A stretch of DNA of 32,000 bases from Halomicrobium mukohataei DSM 12286 (GCF_000023965.1 NC_013202.1:960001-992000); one strand, 5' to 3'; shown: positions 1 to 9,103, counted from the first letter of the stretch. The notes: generated by a model not told the origin, from the letters alone. A program made the numbers and translations.

Positions 1-1065
1 GGTGTCTGTCAGCCCCAGCGTCTCGATCAGGCGGTCGCGAGCCTTCGAGATGGCGGCATCGTACTCGTCGGCCAGCTCTCTGGAGAGCAGCGAGTCCACC
101 CCGGCCCCTCGCTCGACGAGCGAGAGCAGGTCTGTCCCCTCGATGGTCACGTCTCGCTCTTCGATGGCCGCCCGGAGGTGGTCGTTGGCGGCGGATTCGG
201 CCGTCGAGACCGCCGCATCGAGATCGTCGACGGCGACGGTCAGGCGATCGAGTTCGTCGTCGCCCCGCACGCTGCCGTCTTCGGCGAGCCGGTCCAGCGC
301 GCTCTCCAGGGCGTCCAGATCACAGGGGGAATCGAGGTCGGCCACGCGGTGTACTGCGACGGCCGCCCGGATTCGGTCCCGGTTGCGCGTGAAAAACGCC
401 AGCGGGCGCTCGGGGACCACGTCGGCCGGGTTCTCCAGTGCGTCGGGCTGGACGCGCACGTCGCCCTCCACGTCGAGGCCGGCGAAGGACTCGTCGAGGG
501 CGACGACGGTCGCGTAGCTGCGACCCAGCTCTGCGAGCTGTCTGGCGTCGTCGACCACCTCGACGGTGACTTCCGGGATCGCCGCCTGTGCCTCGGCGTA
601 GCGCTCGGCGTCGGTCGTCGCCAGACACCGGTCTCGGACGCGCACGTCGCTCGGGTCGGCGAGCGGTTCGACGCCCGCCAGGGCTTCGAGGACGGCGTCG
701 TCCGGCTCTCGCTCCATCGCCGCTCGGGCTCGCTCCCGGACGCTCTCGATGCGTTCGGGGACGCCGCTGGGATAGATCGTCTCCAGACGCTTCCGGGCGT
801 AGTCGGTGACGGTCCGGTCCTGTATCAGTCCCAGCGCATCGCGGTAAATCTCGCGTGCGCGACTGGTCGCGGCCCACCCGCCGGGGTCGTCGTGTTCGTC
901 TCGGATGGCCGCTCGCGCGATTCGGGCGGCCCGTCCCTCGCTGATCCCCGGGGCCTGGGCCAGCGTCGCCACGTCGCCCTCGCGCAGCGCCCGCTCGGGG
1001 TCGTCGAGTTCGGCCAGTGCCGCCGCCGTCTTCTCCCCAACGCCGGAGACCGATTCGAGCTCCAT
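1..1065 (-). CDS. MutS-like protein, N-terminal part only (gene runs off the window start)
   Basis: Absent from the supplied track because there is no stop inside the window. My reverse translation from the ATG (complement of 1063-1065) reads MELESVSGVGEKTAAALAELDDPERALREGDVATLAQAPGISEGRAARIARAAIRDEHDDPG... There is no in-frame stop (no tta/cta/tca in plus-strand triplets) down to nt 1, and third positions are G/C-rich. The HhH-like GVGEKTA / GISxGRA N-terminus recalls archaeal MutS2-type proteins. The ATPase domain would lie outside the window, so the family call is tentative. Confidence 0.5.
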   Translation of the reverse strand, partial: MELESVSGVGEKTAAALAELDDPERALREGDVATLAQAPGISEGRAARIARAAIRDEHDDPGGWAATSRAREIYRDALGLIQDRTVTDYARKRLETIYPSGVPERIESVRERARAAMEREPDDAVLEALAGVEPLADPSDVRVRDRCLATTDAERYAEAQAAIPEVTVEVVDDARQLAELGRSYATVVALDESFAGLDVEGDVRVQPDALENPADVVPERPLAFFTRNRDRIRAAVAVHRVADLDSPCDLDALESALDRLAEDGSVRGDDELDRLTVAVDDLDAAVSTAESAANDHLRAAIEERDVTIEGTDLLSLVERGAGVDSLLSRELADEYDAAISKARDRLIETLGLTDT

Positions 1066-1152
1066 CTACCCGATTGCTGCACCCCGGCGGAAAAAAGTCT
1101 CCCGCTCGTCGCGATCCCAACGGATTTGCCGACAGCGGTCGACCGAGCGGAC

Positions 1153-1530
1153 ATGACGGAGTATCTCGTCGCCACGTCGTCCGTCCACGTCACGGCCGCT
1201 GCCGCCGACTACCTCCGGGAGCGCCTCGATCCGGCGACCGACGAGGTCGTCGTCGTGGCGGTCCGCGAGGCCGCCAGTCCCGACCGCGACGCCGGTGACG
1301 CGGCCAACGTCGCCCGGTCGCGACTGGCCGCCGTCGCGCCGACGGTCGAGACCCCCGACGGCGATCCGACCGAGACGCTGCTCGATGCCATCGAACGGCG
1401 AGCGCCCGACGTGGTCCTGGCTGGGCCGAACCGGGGCGTCGAGGGAGCCGAGGGCGTTGGCTCGACCCTCCGGGCGCTCCTCGAACGAGCGGCGTGTCCG
1501 GTCGTCGTCGTCCCGCTGCCCGAACGCTGA
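1153..1530 (+). CDS. universal stress protein (UspA family)
   Basis: This is the C-terminal part of track ORF 178..1530, starting at ATG 1153: MTEYLVATSSVHVTAAAADYL... It carries a USP-type ATP-binding tail, GPNRGVEGAEGVGSTLRALL...CPVVVVP. The upstream part of the long ORF is antisense to the MutS-like gene. Confidence 0.75.
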   Translation: MTEYLVATSSVHVTAAAADYLRERLDPATDEVVVVAVREAASPDRDAGDAANVARSRLAAVAPTVETPDGDPTETLLDAIERRAPDVVLAGPNRGVEGAEGVGSTLRALLERAACPVVVVPLPER

Positions 1531-1579
1531 GTGGTGTCGGGACGGCCGTTTTAACACTGGGGACGGAGAAGGCGATTGC

Positions 1580-3124
1580 ATGTCCGCCTCGGAACTGGCC
1601 CAACGAGTGCGAGAGGCACTGTCGGTCGACGGCGACGAGTTCGAGGCCCGCGCCGCCGAAGAGGCCGAGTGGCTCAAAGCGGAGGTCCGCGACGGCACCT
1701 TCGACAACACCGAAGCGATCGTCGGACTGGAGCTGGAACTGTACGCCGTCGACGACCGGACCGACGCACTCCAGCGCGTGCCCCGAAACCTCCTGGAGCT
1801 GATCGGCTTCGAGAAGGAACTGGGGCTGCACAACGCCGAGATGCAGACCAGTCCCCAGCCGCTCAACGAACACGGACTGGAGGCCCAGCTCGCCGAGCTG
1901 CGGGCCAACCTCGCGCCCGCGCTCGAACAGACACACACGGAAAACATCCAGCTGGTCTCCGACGGGATGTGGACGGTCCCGCCCAACGGCGAGACCGCGA
2001 GTGGCTACCTCTGTGACTCCGTCGAGGAGCAGGGGATCCGCATCGCGACCAACATGTCCGCAGCGGTGCGCTACCACGCGATGGCGAACACGGACTACCC
2101 CTCCGGGATGGCCCTGGACGCGCCCAACGTCTCGCTGCAGGCCGACACCGTGATGCCCGAGAGCCTCATCACCTCCATCCAGCCCCACTACCAGATCCCG
2201 CACGCGCCGGATCTCCCGGAGTACTTCCGGTACGCGCTGCGGATCGCCGGCCCGCTGGTCGCGCTGGGCGTCAACTCGCCGTTCTTCCCCCCGGATCTCT
2301 ACGACGACGTGCCCGACAGCCGGATCGTCGACGAGGCCCACATGGAACACCGGATCGGCGTCTTCGAGTCCGTGCTGAACCCGCGGGAGGACGAACGGAC
2401 GAGCCGCGATGGTGCCGGGGCCGACGCCCAGGCGAAAGTCCGCTTCCCGAAGGACTTCGAGACCGTCGAGGCGGCCATCGACGACGTGGTCGCCGACACC
2501 ACGATCGTCCCCATGGCGGCCTCGACTGGCGAGCGCTTCGACGACGCCTTCGCACACCTTCGACACAAACACGGCTCGTACTGGCGGTGGGTTCGGCCGG
2601 TGTTCGACGGCCCGACGCGGTCGGCCGCCAACGCCCGCATCGAGTTTCGGCCCCTGTCCGGGCAACCGACCGTCAGCGACGCCGTCGCCTTCCAGGCCGT
2701 GTTTGCCGGCCTGATGAAGAGCCTCTCCCGGCTGGAACACCCCGTACGCTCGCTGGAGTGGGAGACGGCCGAGGAGAACTTCTACGCGGCCGCTCGCGAT
2801 GGGTTGCGGGCCGACTTCGAGTGGATCACTGCCGACGGCACCGAGACCAGCGCCGTCGACGAGATCTACGGCGAGCTGTTCGAACTCGCCCGCGAGGGAC
2901 TGGAGGGACGGGGGCTCTCGACGGAGCAGGCCCTCGGGTACATCCAGCCGCTCAAGGAGCGGGTCGACCGGCGGCTCACTCCCGCCCGCTGGAAACACGA
3001 ACAGGTCCAGACGGCCGTCGACGAGGGCGTCCCGCTGGCGGAGGCTATCTGGGGGATGCAGTCGCGCTACGTCGACCGCCAGTCCGAGACCCTGCTCGAC
3101 GGGAGCTTCACCGACTGGCTGTAA
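1580..3124 (+). CDS. gshA: glutamate-cysteine ligase, GCS2/YbdK-like carboxylate-amine ligase family
   Basis: In-frame ATG at 1580 inside track ORF 1295..3124 (MSASELAQRVREAL...). GCS2-like blocks are present: IVGLELELYAVDD, ELGLHNAEMQTSPQPL, SIQPHYQIP, LVALGVNSPFFPP, IEFRPLSGQP. Haloarchaea make gamma-glutamylcysteine with this family. The symbol is by analogy only. Confidence 0.7.
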   Translation: MSASELAQRVREALSVDGDEFEARAAEEAEWLKAEVRDGTFDNTEAIVGLELELYAVDDRTDALQRVPRNLLELIGFEKELGLHNAEMQTSPQPLNEHGLEAQLAELRANLAPALEQTHTENIQLVSDGMWTVPPNGETASGYLCDSVEEQGIRIATNMSAAVRYHAMANTDYPSGMALDAPNVSLQADTVMPESLITSIQPHYQIPHAPDLPEYFRYALRIAGPLVALGVNSPFFPPDLYDDVPDSRIVDEAHMEHRIGVFESVLNPREDERTSRDGAGADAQAKVRFPKDFETVEAAIDDVVADTTIVPMAASTGERFDDAFAHLRHKHGSYWRWVRPVFDGPTRSAANARIEFRPLSGQPTVSDAVAFQAVFAGLMKSLSRLEHPVRSLEWETAEENFYAAARDGLRADFEWITADGTETSAVDEIYGELFELAREGLEGRGLSTEQALGYIQPLKERVDRRLTPARWKHEQVQTAVDEGVPLAEAIWGMQSRYVDRQSETLLDGSFTDWL

Positions 3125-4070
3125 ACGTCTGTCCGGCTCGGACCGTCTCCAGGGCGTAGAGCCCGATCGCCAGCAGCACGATGGTCCCGCCGACTGCGAT
3201 GCCGCCGAGATACGCGACGGTCACGCCTCCGACGACGGCCACCTGTGCCGCGACGACGCTCCGAGCGAGTGCATCGACGAAGCTCCGGGCTCGTGGCGTC
3301 GCGGTCGCGACGGGGACGACGAGCATCGCAGCCACGAGGATGATCCCGAGAATCTGCATCGCGGCGACGACCACGACGGCTGTCAACACGACCAGCAGCT
3401 GATTGAATCGCCGCACGTCGAGACCGGCGATCCGGGCGGCAGTCTCGTCGACGGTCACCGCGAGCAGCGGGCGGTACGCAAGGGTGACGACGGCGACGAC
3501 GAGGGCCGTCAGCGAGATCAGCAGTGCCGCGTTTGGCCGTGTCACCGTTGCCAGCGATCCGAACAGGTACTGCTTGATGCCGACCGACAGTCCGCCACCG
3601 GTGGCGCTGATCAACACCGTCCCGAGTGCGAACCCGCCCGCGAGGACGATCGCCATCGACACGTCGCCGCTCGTTTCGGTGCGTGCTGTGAGCGTCTCGA
3701 TGACGAGGGCCGCGACGACGGCTACGACGAGCGCGGCGACGTATGGCGAGACCGGGAGCCCGGTGACGGAGCCGACCAGTAGTCCGACGGCGACCCCGGC
3801 GAAGGCGGTGTGTGCCAGTGCGTCACCGATCATCGCCATTCGTCGGTGAACGAGGAAGCTACCGACCAGCGGCGCTGCGACGCCGATACAGACGGCTGTG
3901 ACCAGCGCCCGCTGCATGAACGGGTAACACAGCAGTTCGATCCCGAGCGGTGCCCCGACGCCGCAGGCGACGGTGTCGACTGTCTCGAACAGCGCCGCTG
4001 GTTGGAGCTGTGCGACGCCAGCCAGGAACACCGACGCCACGACGACCGTGGCCGTTCTGCTGGCGCTCAT
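3108..4070 (-). CDS. znuB: metal (Zn/Mn) ABC transporter permease, ABC-3/ZnuB family
   Basis: 320-aa polytopic membrane protein. FMQRALVTAVCIGVAAPLVGSFLVHRRMAMIGDALAHTAFAGVAVG is typical of ZnuB/MntB permeases. It overlaps the upstream ATPase gene by 4 nt (operon). Confidence 0.85.
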   Translation of the reverse strand: MSASRTATVVVASVFLAGVAQLQPAALFETVDTVACGVGAPLGIELLCYPFMQRALVTAVCIGVAAPLVGSFLVHRRMAMIGDALAHTAFAGVAVGLLVGSVTGLPVSPYVAALVVAVVAALVIETLTARTETSGDVSMAIVLAGGFALGTVLISATGGGLSVGIKQYLFGSLATVTRPNAALLISLTALVVAVVTLAYRPLLAVTVDETAARIAGLDVRRFNQLLVVLTAVVVVAAMQILGIILVAAMLVVPVATATPRARSFVDALARSVVAAQVAVVGGVTVAYLGGIAVGGTIVLLAIGLYALETVRAGQTFTASR

Positions 4071-4795
4071 GCGTGGTCGTGTCGCAATACGCGCTGGTTG
4101 TCGCCGTAGGCTCGCTCGAACCCGCCGCTGTCGTCCAGTTCTTCGGGTGGCCCGTGGAAGTGGAGTCGCCGGTTCAGGCAGGCGATCCGCGTCGCGTACT
4201 CCGTGACGACACCGATGTCGTGCTCGACGAGCACGATCGTCATCCCGTCCGCGTTCAGCTCGTGAAGCAGGCCGTAGAACGCTTCGCGTGCCGTCGCGTC
4301 GATCCCGACCGTCGGCTCGTCGAGGACGAGGAGATCGGCCGCGGCTGCGAGTGTCCGCGCGATGAACGCACGCTGGCGCTGTCCACCCGAGAGCCGGTCG
4401 AGCCGATCGGTAGCGAGGTCCTCGATCCCGACTCGCTCCATCGCTCGCCGGACGGCCGCTCGGTCGTCCGCGTCGAGCCCGCCGAAACGACAGTCTCGGC
4501 CCGTCTCGACGAGCTCTGTGACCGTCAGTGGCACGCCGCTGGCGGTTGCGGTCACGTCCTGCTGGACGTAGCCGACGCGGCCGGCGGCGTCGGCGGCGGG
4601 CTCTCCGAACAGGCGCACCGTCCCCGCGTCCGGTTCGCGCAGCCCCAGCAACAGCTCGACGAGCGTACTCTTGCCGGAGCCGTTCGGGCCGAGAATACCC
4701 AGAAACTCGCCGCGCTCGACCCGGAGACTCACCGACTCGACGACCGATGTCGCTCCGTAGCCGAAGCTCACGTCGTCCAGCCGAGCGGCCGTCAT
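4067..4795 (-). CDS. znuC: metal ABC transporter ATP-binding protein
   Basis: Walker A GPNGSGKST, ABC signature LSGGQRQR, Walker B LLVLDEP, H-loop VEHD. 4-nt overlaps with both neighbours. Confidence 0.9.
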   Translation of the reverse strand: MTAARLDDVSFGYGATSVVESVSLRVERGEFLGILGPNGSGKSTLVELLLGLREPDAGTVRLFGEPAADAAGRVGYVQQDVTATASGVPLTVTELVETGRDCRFGGLDADDRAAVRRAMERVGIEDLATDRLDRLSGGQRQRAFIARTLAAAADLLVLDEPTVGIDATAREAFYGLLHELNADGMTIVLVEHDIGVVTEYATRIACLNRRLHFHGPPEELDDSGGFERAYGDNQRVLRHDHA

Positions 4796-5865
4796 CGTGA
4801 CCCCAGTGCCGTCTCCAGGGTCGGCAGGTTCACCTCAGACATGATCTGCTCGTAGCCCCAGCCCCGATCGGCCCACTCGCTGTGGCGTCCCGGCAACGCG
4901 GTGATCGGGAGTCGCTCGCGTGCCGACGTGTCGGAGACGATACCCGCTGCTGCCTGCTCTGACTCCATCACCGGCGCGAGCACGTGGTCGAGATCGTGGT
5001 CGCTGATGACGCGTTCGGCTCGCCGCAGGTCGTCGCTCGTCGGCGAGTCGTCGGGCGAGAGCCCCGACAGTGCCACGACATCGAACCCGTATCGACGGCC
5101 GAGATACTGGAACGCGTTGTGGCCCGCGACGAGGACCGTCTCGCGCTCCCGATCGGACAGCGCCGTCTCGAACGTCTCGTCGAGCTCCGAGAGTCGCTCT
5201 CGGTATCGGTCTGCGTTGTCAGCGTACGTTCCCGCGTTGCCCTCGTCGACCGCCCGTAGTCCTTCTTCGATCGTCTCGACGGCCGTTCTCGCACGCCGCG
5301 GATCGAGCCAGAAGTGCGGATCGACCGGTCTCTCGTCGTGGCCGTCCTCGTGGGCGGTGTCATGGTTATCATTGTGGGCGGTGTCGTGGTCCGCGTGGTC
5401 GTCGCTGTGACCGCTGTGTTCGGCGTGTTTCTCTCCGTGCACGGCGGTCGCGCTCCCGTGATCGTGCCCGCCCTCTTCGGGGACCGTGAGCAGGTCGACG
5501 CCGGCCCTGGCCTCCATGATCGCCGTATCGCTGTCTCCGGACTCGATGTTGGTGACCACGTCGTCGGCCCACGGCTGGAATCCGGGGGCCATGTAGACGA
5601 ACACGTCTGCCTCGACGGCTCGCCGAGTCACGTCGGGACCCGGCTGCCAGCCGTGGCCGTGCTGACCGACCGGTACCAGTGTCTCGACGCTCGCCCGATC
5701 GCCCGCGACGTTCGACGCCAGATCTCCCAGGACGAAAAACGACGCCGCGACCGAGAGCGTTTCGTCGGTCCCACCGGCCGTACTGTCCAGACAGCCCGCC
5801 GTCCCCGCAGCTGTCGCTCCTGCCAGTACTCCGAGCCACTGCCGTCGTGTCGTGTGGTTCGTCAT
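4792..5865 (-). CDS. znuA: metal ABC transporter substrate-binding lipoprotein (ZnuA-like) with His-rich loop
   Basis: Tat-type signal plus lipobox: TTRRQWLGVLAGATAAGTAGC. There is a long His/Asp-rich insert, GGHDHGSATAVHGEKHAEHSGHSDDHADHDTAHNDNHDTAHEDGHDE, and a DPHFWLDP motif typical of cluster-9 (ZnuA/TroA) binding proteins. Confidence 0.85.
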   Translation of the reverse strand: MTNHTTRRQWLGVLAGATAAGTAGCLDSTAGGTDETLSVAASFFVLGDLASNVAGDRASVETLVPVGQHGHGWQPGPDVTRRAVEADVFVYMAPGFQPWADDVVTNIESGDSDTAIMEARAGVDLLTVPEEGGHDHGSATAVHGEKHAEHSGHSDDHADHDTAHNDNHDTAHEDGHDERPVDPHFWLDPRRARTAVETIEEGLRAVDEGNAGTYADNADRYRERLSELDETFETALSDRERETVLVAGHNAFQYLGRRYGFDVVALSGLSPDDSPTSDDLRRAERVISDHDLDHVLAPVMESEQAAAGIVSDTSARERLPITALPGRHSEWADRGWGYEQIMSEVNLPTLETALGSR

Positions 5866-5870
5866 CCCTG

Positions 5871-5898
5871 TTATTAACTATACCTCTCTAGTTAATAA
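5871..5898. promoter_or_regulatory. perfect 10-bp inverted repeat TTATTAACTA-N8-TAGTTAATAA directly upstream of znuA (candidate TATA box plus operator)
   Basis: Read directly: 5871-5880 ttattaacta, 5889-5898 tagttaataa (exact reverse complements). A related third half-site tattattaac lies at 5921-5930. The AT-rich island lies 6-33 nt upstream of the znuA ATG (5865). Confidence 0.5.
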
Positions 5899-5956
5899 GC
5901 ACTATTATTCTAGATCGGGATATTATTAACAGCAGCTCCGATAGTGACGACTGGAT

Positions 5957-6430
5957 TCACGCTCTCTCGACGTAGTCGACGGCGGCCTCCGGCGTCGCGA
6001 CGTGTTCGATCCCGTCGAGGCTCTCGATCTGGTGTGTTCCCAGCCCCGCGATGGGGCGGTCGAAGACGTGGCCGTACCCCAGCTCCGAGAGCGTCCCGCC
6101 ACCGCCGTCGATCGCGATCACCGCGTCGCCGTTCATCACGACGACCGCGTTGCGTGCGTGGCCCAGCCCCGTCGCGATCGGCGTGTCGACGTACTCGTTG
6201 GCCGCCGCTCGGCGCTCGCCCGGCAGAATACCGATCGTGTGACCGCCAGCGCCGGGGCTGGCCGTCGATTCGCGCCCGTCCCGTGCGCCCCGACACACTG
6301 CCTCCATCACGCCACCCAGTCCGCCGCAGACGACCGCGTGGCCTCGTTGGGCGAGACACTCCCCCACTCGCCGGGCCAGTTCGTACTCATCGCTCGATAC
6401 CGTCGAACCGCCGATCACGGACACGCGCAT
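5957..6430 (-). CDS. LOG/TIGR00725-like Rossmann-fold protein (SLOG superfamily)
   Basis: MRVSVIGGS...GHAVVCGGLGGVMEAVCRGA...GILPG...IATGLGHARNAVVVMNGDAVIAIDGGGGTLSELGY matches the GGxGGxMEA and PGGxGTxxE-like blocks of LOG/TIGR00725 proteins. Confidence 0.65.
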   Translation of the reverse strand: MRVSVIGGSTVSSDEYELARRVGECLAQRGHAVVCGGLGGVMEAVCRGARDGRESTASPGAGGHTIGILPGERRAAANEYVDTPIATGLGHARNAVVVMNGDAVIAIDGGGGTLSELGYGHVFDRPIAGLGTHQIESLDGIEHVATPEAAVDYVERA

Positions 6431-6523
6431 ACTCGACGGTCGGGCTGGCTCACACTTCAGCGTCGGCTCCCGGTCTCGTCGAAAAGTGGTGCTCGCCTCG
6501 GTGGCGACTCGCTCTGGATCCTC

Positions 6524-7135
6524 CTACTCGTCGACTCGCTCTTCGAGTTCCCGGATGACCTGCTCGGTCTCGCCGCCGTCGCCCCGGACGACCTGCTTGT
6601 ACTCCGAGTACTCCTGGCGAGAGAGCTCTACCGTCCTGGTCTCGCCCTCCCGCCGCAGTTCGAGCCGCACGGTGCCGTGTGGGTTGTTGCGGATCCGGTA
6701 GCCGGCGACGGCGGTGAAGACGAACCAGAACGCCAGCGACCCCCCGAGGAAGTACACCGTCGTGGTCGGGAAGGCCAGCGACTGGGCGGTCCCGGTCCAC
6801 CGGGCCGGGTAGGCGTAGGCGAACAGGCCGACACCGACGACACAGAGGAGCGTGCCCGCGAGCACGCCGACGCGCTCGCGGCGCGTGGCCGGCAGGACGA
6901 CGACGACCGACGCGAGCGACGCCGGGACTCCCAGCCCTGCGAGGACGCCGGCAAGCGACTGGGACTCGGTCGCGCTGTCGGCTCCCAGTAGCGTCCCGAG
7001 CGGCGTCGTCACGATGAGGATGCCGACGACGACGGCGAGTACGCCGACTGCGAACAGCACGACGCCCGCGTAGACGCGTCTCGGATCGCGCCCGTTCCAG
7101 CGGGAACCGCCGTAGGCGTCGCCGAGACTCTCCAT
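6524..7135 (-). CDS. conserved membrane protein (about four TM helices plus an acidic soluble tail)
   Basis: ATG at 7135. Hydrophobic helices (VYAGVVLFAVGVLAVVVGILIV, SLAGVLAGLGVPASLASVVVVL, VGVLAGTLLCVVGVGLFAYA, TTTVYFLGGSLAFWFVFTAVAG) are followed by RLELRREGETRTVELSRQEYSEYKQVV. Codon bias is good. Confidence 0.6.
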   Translation of the reverse strand: MESLGDAYGGSRWNGRDPRRVYAGVVLFAVGVLAVVVGILIVTTPLGTLLGADSATESQSLAGVLAGLGVPASLASVVVVLPATRRERVGVLAGTLLCVVGVGLFAYAYPARWTGTAQSLAFPTTTVYFLGGSLAFWFVFTAVAGYRIRNNPHGTVRLELRREGETRTVELSRQEYSEYKQVVRGDGGETEQVIRELEERVDE

Positions 7136-7190
7136 ACGCGGCTACTCGTGGTCGTCGTACAAAAGGGTCCGTCAGACGGTCGCAAGACGG

Positions 7191-7338
7191 AGCGGGCTCG
7201 CTGCGCTCGCCCTCGCGGCTCGCGTGTCGCGGTGCTCCCGCTCCCGGTTCCGAGGGCTCACTTCGTTCGCCCTCGCGGCTCGCGTGTCGCGGTGCTCCCG
7301 CTCCCGGTTCCGAGGGCTCGCTACGCTCGCCCTCGCTG
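7191..7338. repeat. tandem repeat, 60-bp unit, about 2.4 copies
   Basis: 7201-7260 versus 7261-7320 differ at only 3 of 60 positions. A partial copy flanks each side (7191-7200 agcgggctcg; 7321-7336 ctacgctcgccctcgc). It lies in the divergent intergenic region between 6524..7135(-) and 7377..8312(+). Confidence 0.9.
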
Positions 7339-7376
7339 TCCGCAGCGGTTAGGTACTCCCCGCTGGAACCCCCGCT

Positions 7377-8312
7377 ATGGCCGATCCGTTCGGACTCTTT
7401 CTGGGTTTCGTGGCTCTCCTGGCCGTGGCCTTCCTCGCGGTGTACGCCTACTACGAGAGTGCCGGCGCACCGGCACCCGTCCGCACCCGCCACGGACTGA
7501 CGCCGGGGCGGTCAGCGGCCGCCGTCGCTGTCGGCGTCGGCCTCGCCGTTCTGGTCGTCGCCGTCGGCGGGCGGGTCTCGTTCGAGGCGGTGTTGGCCAG
7601 CCGACGGTACGTCCTCCGAGTCGGTCTCTGGGTGGTCGTCGTCGTCGGAGCCTGCGAGGCAGTGGCCGGGGGCTACGGCTTCGCACGCCGGTGGTGGCAG
7701 TGCCGGCCCGACCGGGTCGACGCCACGGGGCGGGTCGAGGCGGGGACGACGGCGGTGTCCGGCACGGTCACCGACGACCACGCCGCCGCTGCTCCGGTGA
7801 CCGGCCGCACCGCAGTCTGCTGGTCGTGGTCCGTCTCGGTCACCGGGCCGGGACTGCGACGCTACGACGAGGACGACCCCCACCGCACCGTCGACGGCGG
7901 CACCGGCGGCTGTCCCTTCGTCGTCGACGACGGGACGGGGCCGCTGTGTGTCGATCCCACGGACGCGACGCTCGCCGTCGACGGTGAGCGGTCGGTCGTC
8001 CGGCAACCAGACAGTGCGCCGCCCGACGGCTTCGCCGACCCCGCACCCAGCGTCGAAGCCGACTACGCCGACCGGCCACGCGAGTACACCGAGGCGGTGC
8101 TCCGGCCCGGAGAGACCGCGACCGTCTGGGGTGCGGTGGTGAGCGACGACGACGGACCGGTCCTCCGTGGTCCCCGGACCACGATCGTCGCCGGGTCGCC
8201 GGCCGGCGTCGCGCGGCGGTACCGCCGCCGGGCCGCTGGCTACGCTCTCGCCGGGATCGCGGGCGGGGCCGTCGGCGTCCTCGGCCTGCTCTGGAGCGTC
8301 GGCGGGCTCTGA
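7377..8312 (+). CDS. membrane protein with GIDE-like architecture (TM helices flanking a soluble beta-rich domain)
   Basis: N-terminal TMs (FGLFLGFVALLAVAFLAVYAYY, AAAVAVGVGLAVLVVAV, LRVGLWVVVVVGACEAV) and a C-terminal TM (YALAGIAGGAVGVLGLLWSV). The central segment APVTGRTAVCWSWSVSV recalls the PxSGxxCVyy block of GIDE-domain proteins. High GC3. Confidence 0.55.
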   Translation: MADPFGLFLGFVALLAVAFLAVYAYYESAGAPAPVRTRHGLTPGRSAAAVAVGVGLAVLVVAVGGRVSFEAVLASRRYVLRVGLWVVVVVGACEAVAGGYGFARRWWQCRPDRVDATGRVEAGTTAVSGTVTDDHAAAAPVTGRTAVCWSWSVSVTGPGLRRYDEDDPHRTVDGGTGGCPFVVDDGTGPLCVDPTDATLAVDGERSVVRQPDSAPPDGFADPAPSVEADYADRPREYTEAVLRPGETATVWGAVVSDDDGPVLRGPRTTIVAGSPAGVARRYRRRAAGYALAGIAGGAVGVLGLLWSVGGL

Positions 8313-8359
8313 GAGCGGCCGCTCGGACGGACTCTCGGAAAGACAGCGGCGAAAAGCGT

Positions 8360-9103
8360 CTATTCGCTCTGGATGCGCGGCGCGAGCATGTAGGTGACTG
8401 ATCCCTGTCCCTCGGCGAAGTCGAAGTGCATCTTGACGGGGAACTCGTCGCCCAGTTCCATCCGGACCTCGGCGTCTTTCGGGATCGCCTTGTTCATGTT
8501 CTGCAGGTAGTCGAGCGAGAACAGCGAGTGAGCGTCGCCGGGCGTGAGATCGATCAGATCCTCGCTGTCGAGTTCGAGGTGGACGTCGTCGGTGTCGCCC
8601 TCCGCGTCGACGTAGAACAGTTCGTCGGTGGCGTCGACACCCAGCGCGATGTGATCGGAGACCATGTCGGCGGCGGTGACGGCACGGTCGATGTCTTTGC
8701 CCTCGATGACGACGTGGGCCGCGAGGTCGAGGTCGGGCAGGTCCGGCTCCTGTCGGATCGAATCGGGGTCGATCAGCGCGAGCGTGTACTCCAGCCCGTC
8801 GATGGCGATGTGGAGCTTGCGCGTCTCTTCGTCCAGTTCGAGGTGGACGAGCTGTCCGGCGTCGGCCATGCCAGCGATGTCTTCGAGCCGCGAGAGGTTG
8901 ACACCGATGAGGCCCCCGTCGGTCTCGTAGGATTCGAAGGCTGCGGCTTCGAGTGTGAGATCGACCATCCCGACGTTGGCGGGATCGACGGCGCGAATTT
9001 CGAGGCCCTCCTCGTTCAGGTGGATCTTGCACTCGTCCACCAGCACGCTCACGGAGTCGAGTGTCGCCTGGAGCGTGTCTGCGCTCACGATGGCGTTGAA
9101 CAT
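8360..9103 (-). CDS. pcn: DNA polymerase sliding clamp PCNA
   Basis: [51 protein letters not shown]...LAPRIQSE is unmistakably haloarchaeal PCNA. I chose the internal ATG at 9103 (247 aa) rather than the track start at 9145. Confidence 0.95.
   Translation of the reverse strand: MFNAIVSADTLQATLDSVSVLVDECKIHLNEEGLEIRAVDPANVGMVDLTLEAAAFESYETDGGLIGVNLSRLEDIAGMADAGQLVHLELDEETRKLHIAIDGLEYTLALIDPDSIRQEPDLPDLDLAAHVVIEGKDIDRAVTAADMVSDHIALGVDATDELFYVDAEGDTDDVHLELDSEDLIDLTPGDAHSLFSLDYLQNMNKAIPKDAEVRMELGDEFPVKMHFDFAEGQGSVTYMLAPRIQSE

Noticed and set aside
1190-2998. 602-aa ORF on the minus strand
   Set aside because: It lies antisense to the well-supported GCS2-family gene. Its product is Arg/Gly/Pro/Val-rich with no recognisable motifs. 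This is the usual shadow ORF of a GC-rich genome.
7191-7338. Possible CRISPR array
   Set aside because: The units are directly adjacent 60-mers with no unique spacers, there are only about 2.4 copies, and no cas genes are present in the window.
6450-7493. 347-aa minus-strand ORF that translates the 60-bp tandem repeat into a repeated peptide (SEPSEPGAGAPRHASREGER)
   Set aside because: The rest of the ORF is Arg-rich nonsense overlapping the real membrane-protein gene in another frame. The peptide periodicity simply reflects the DNA repeat.
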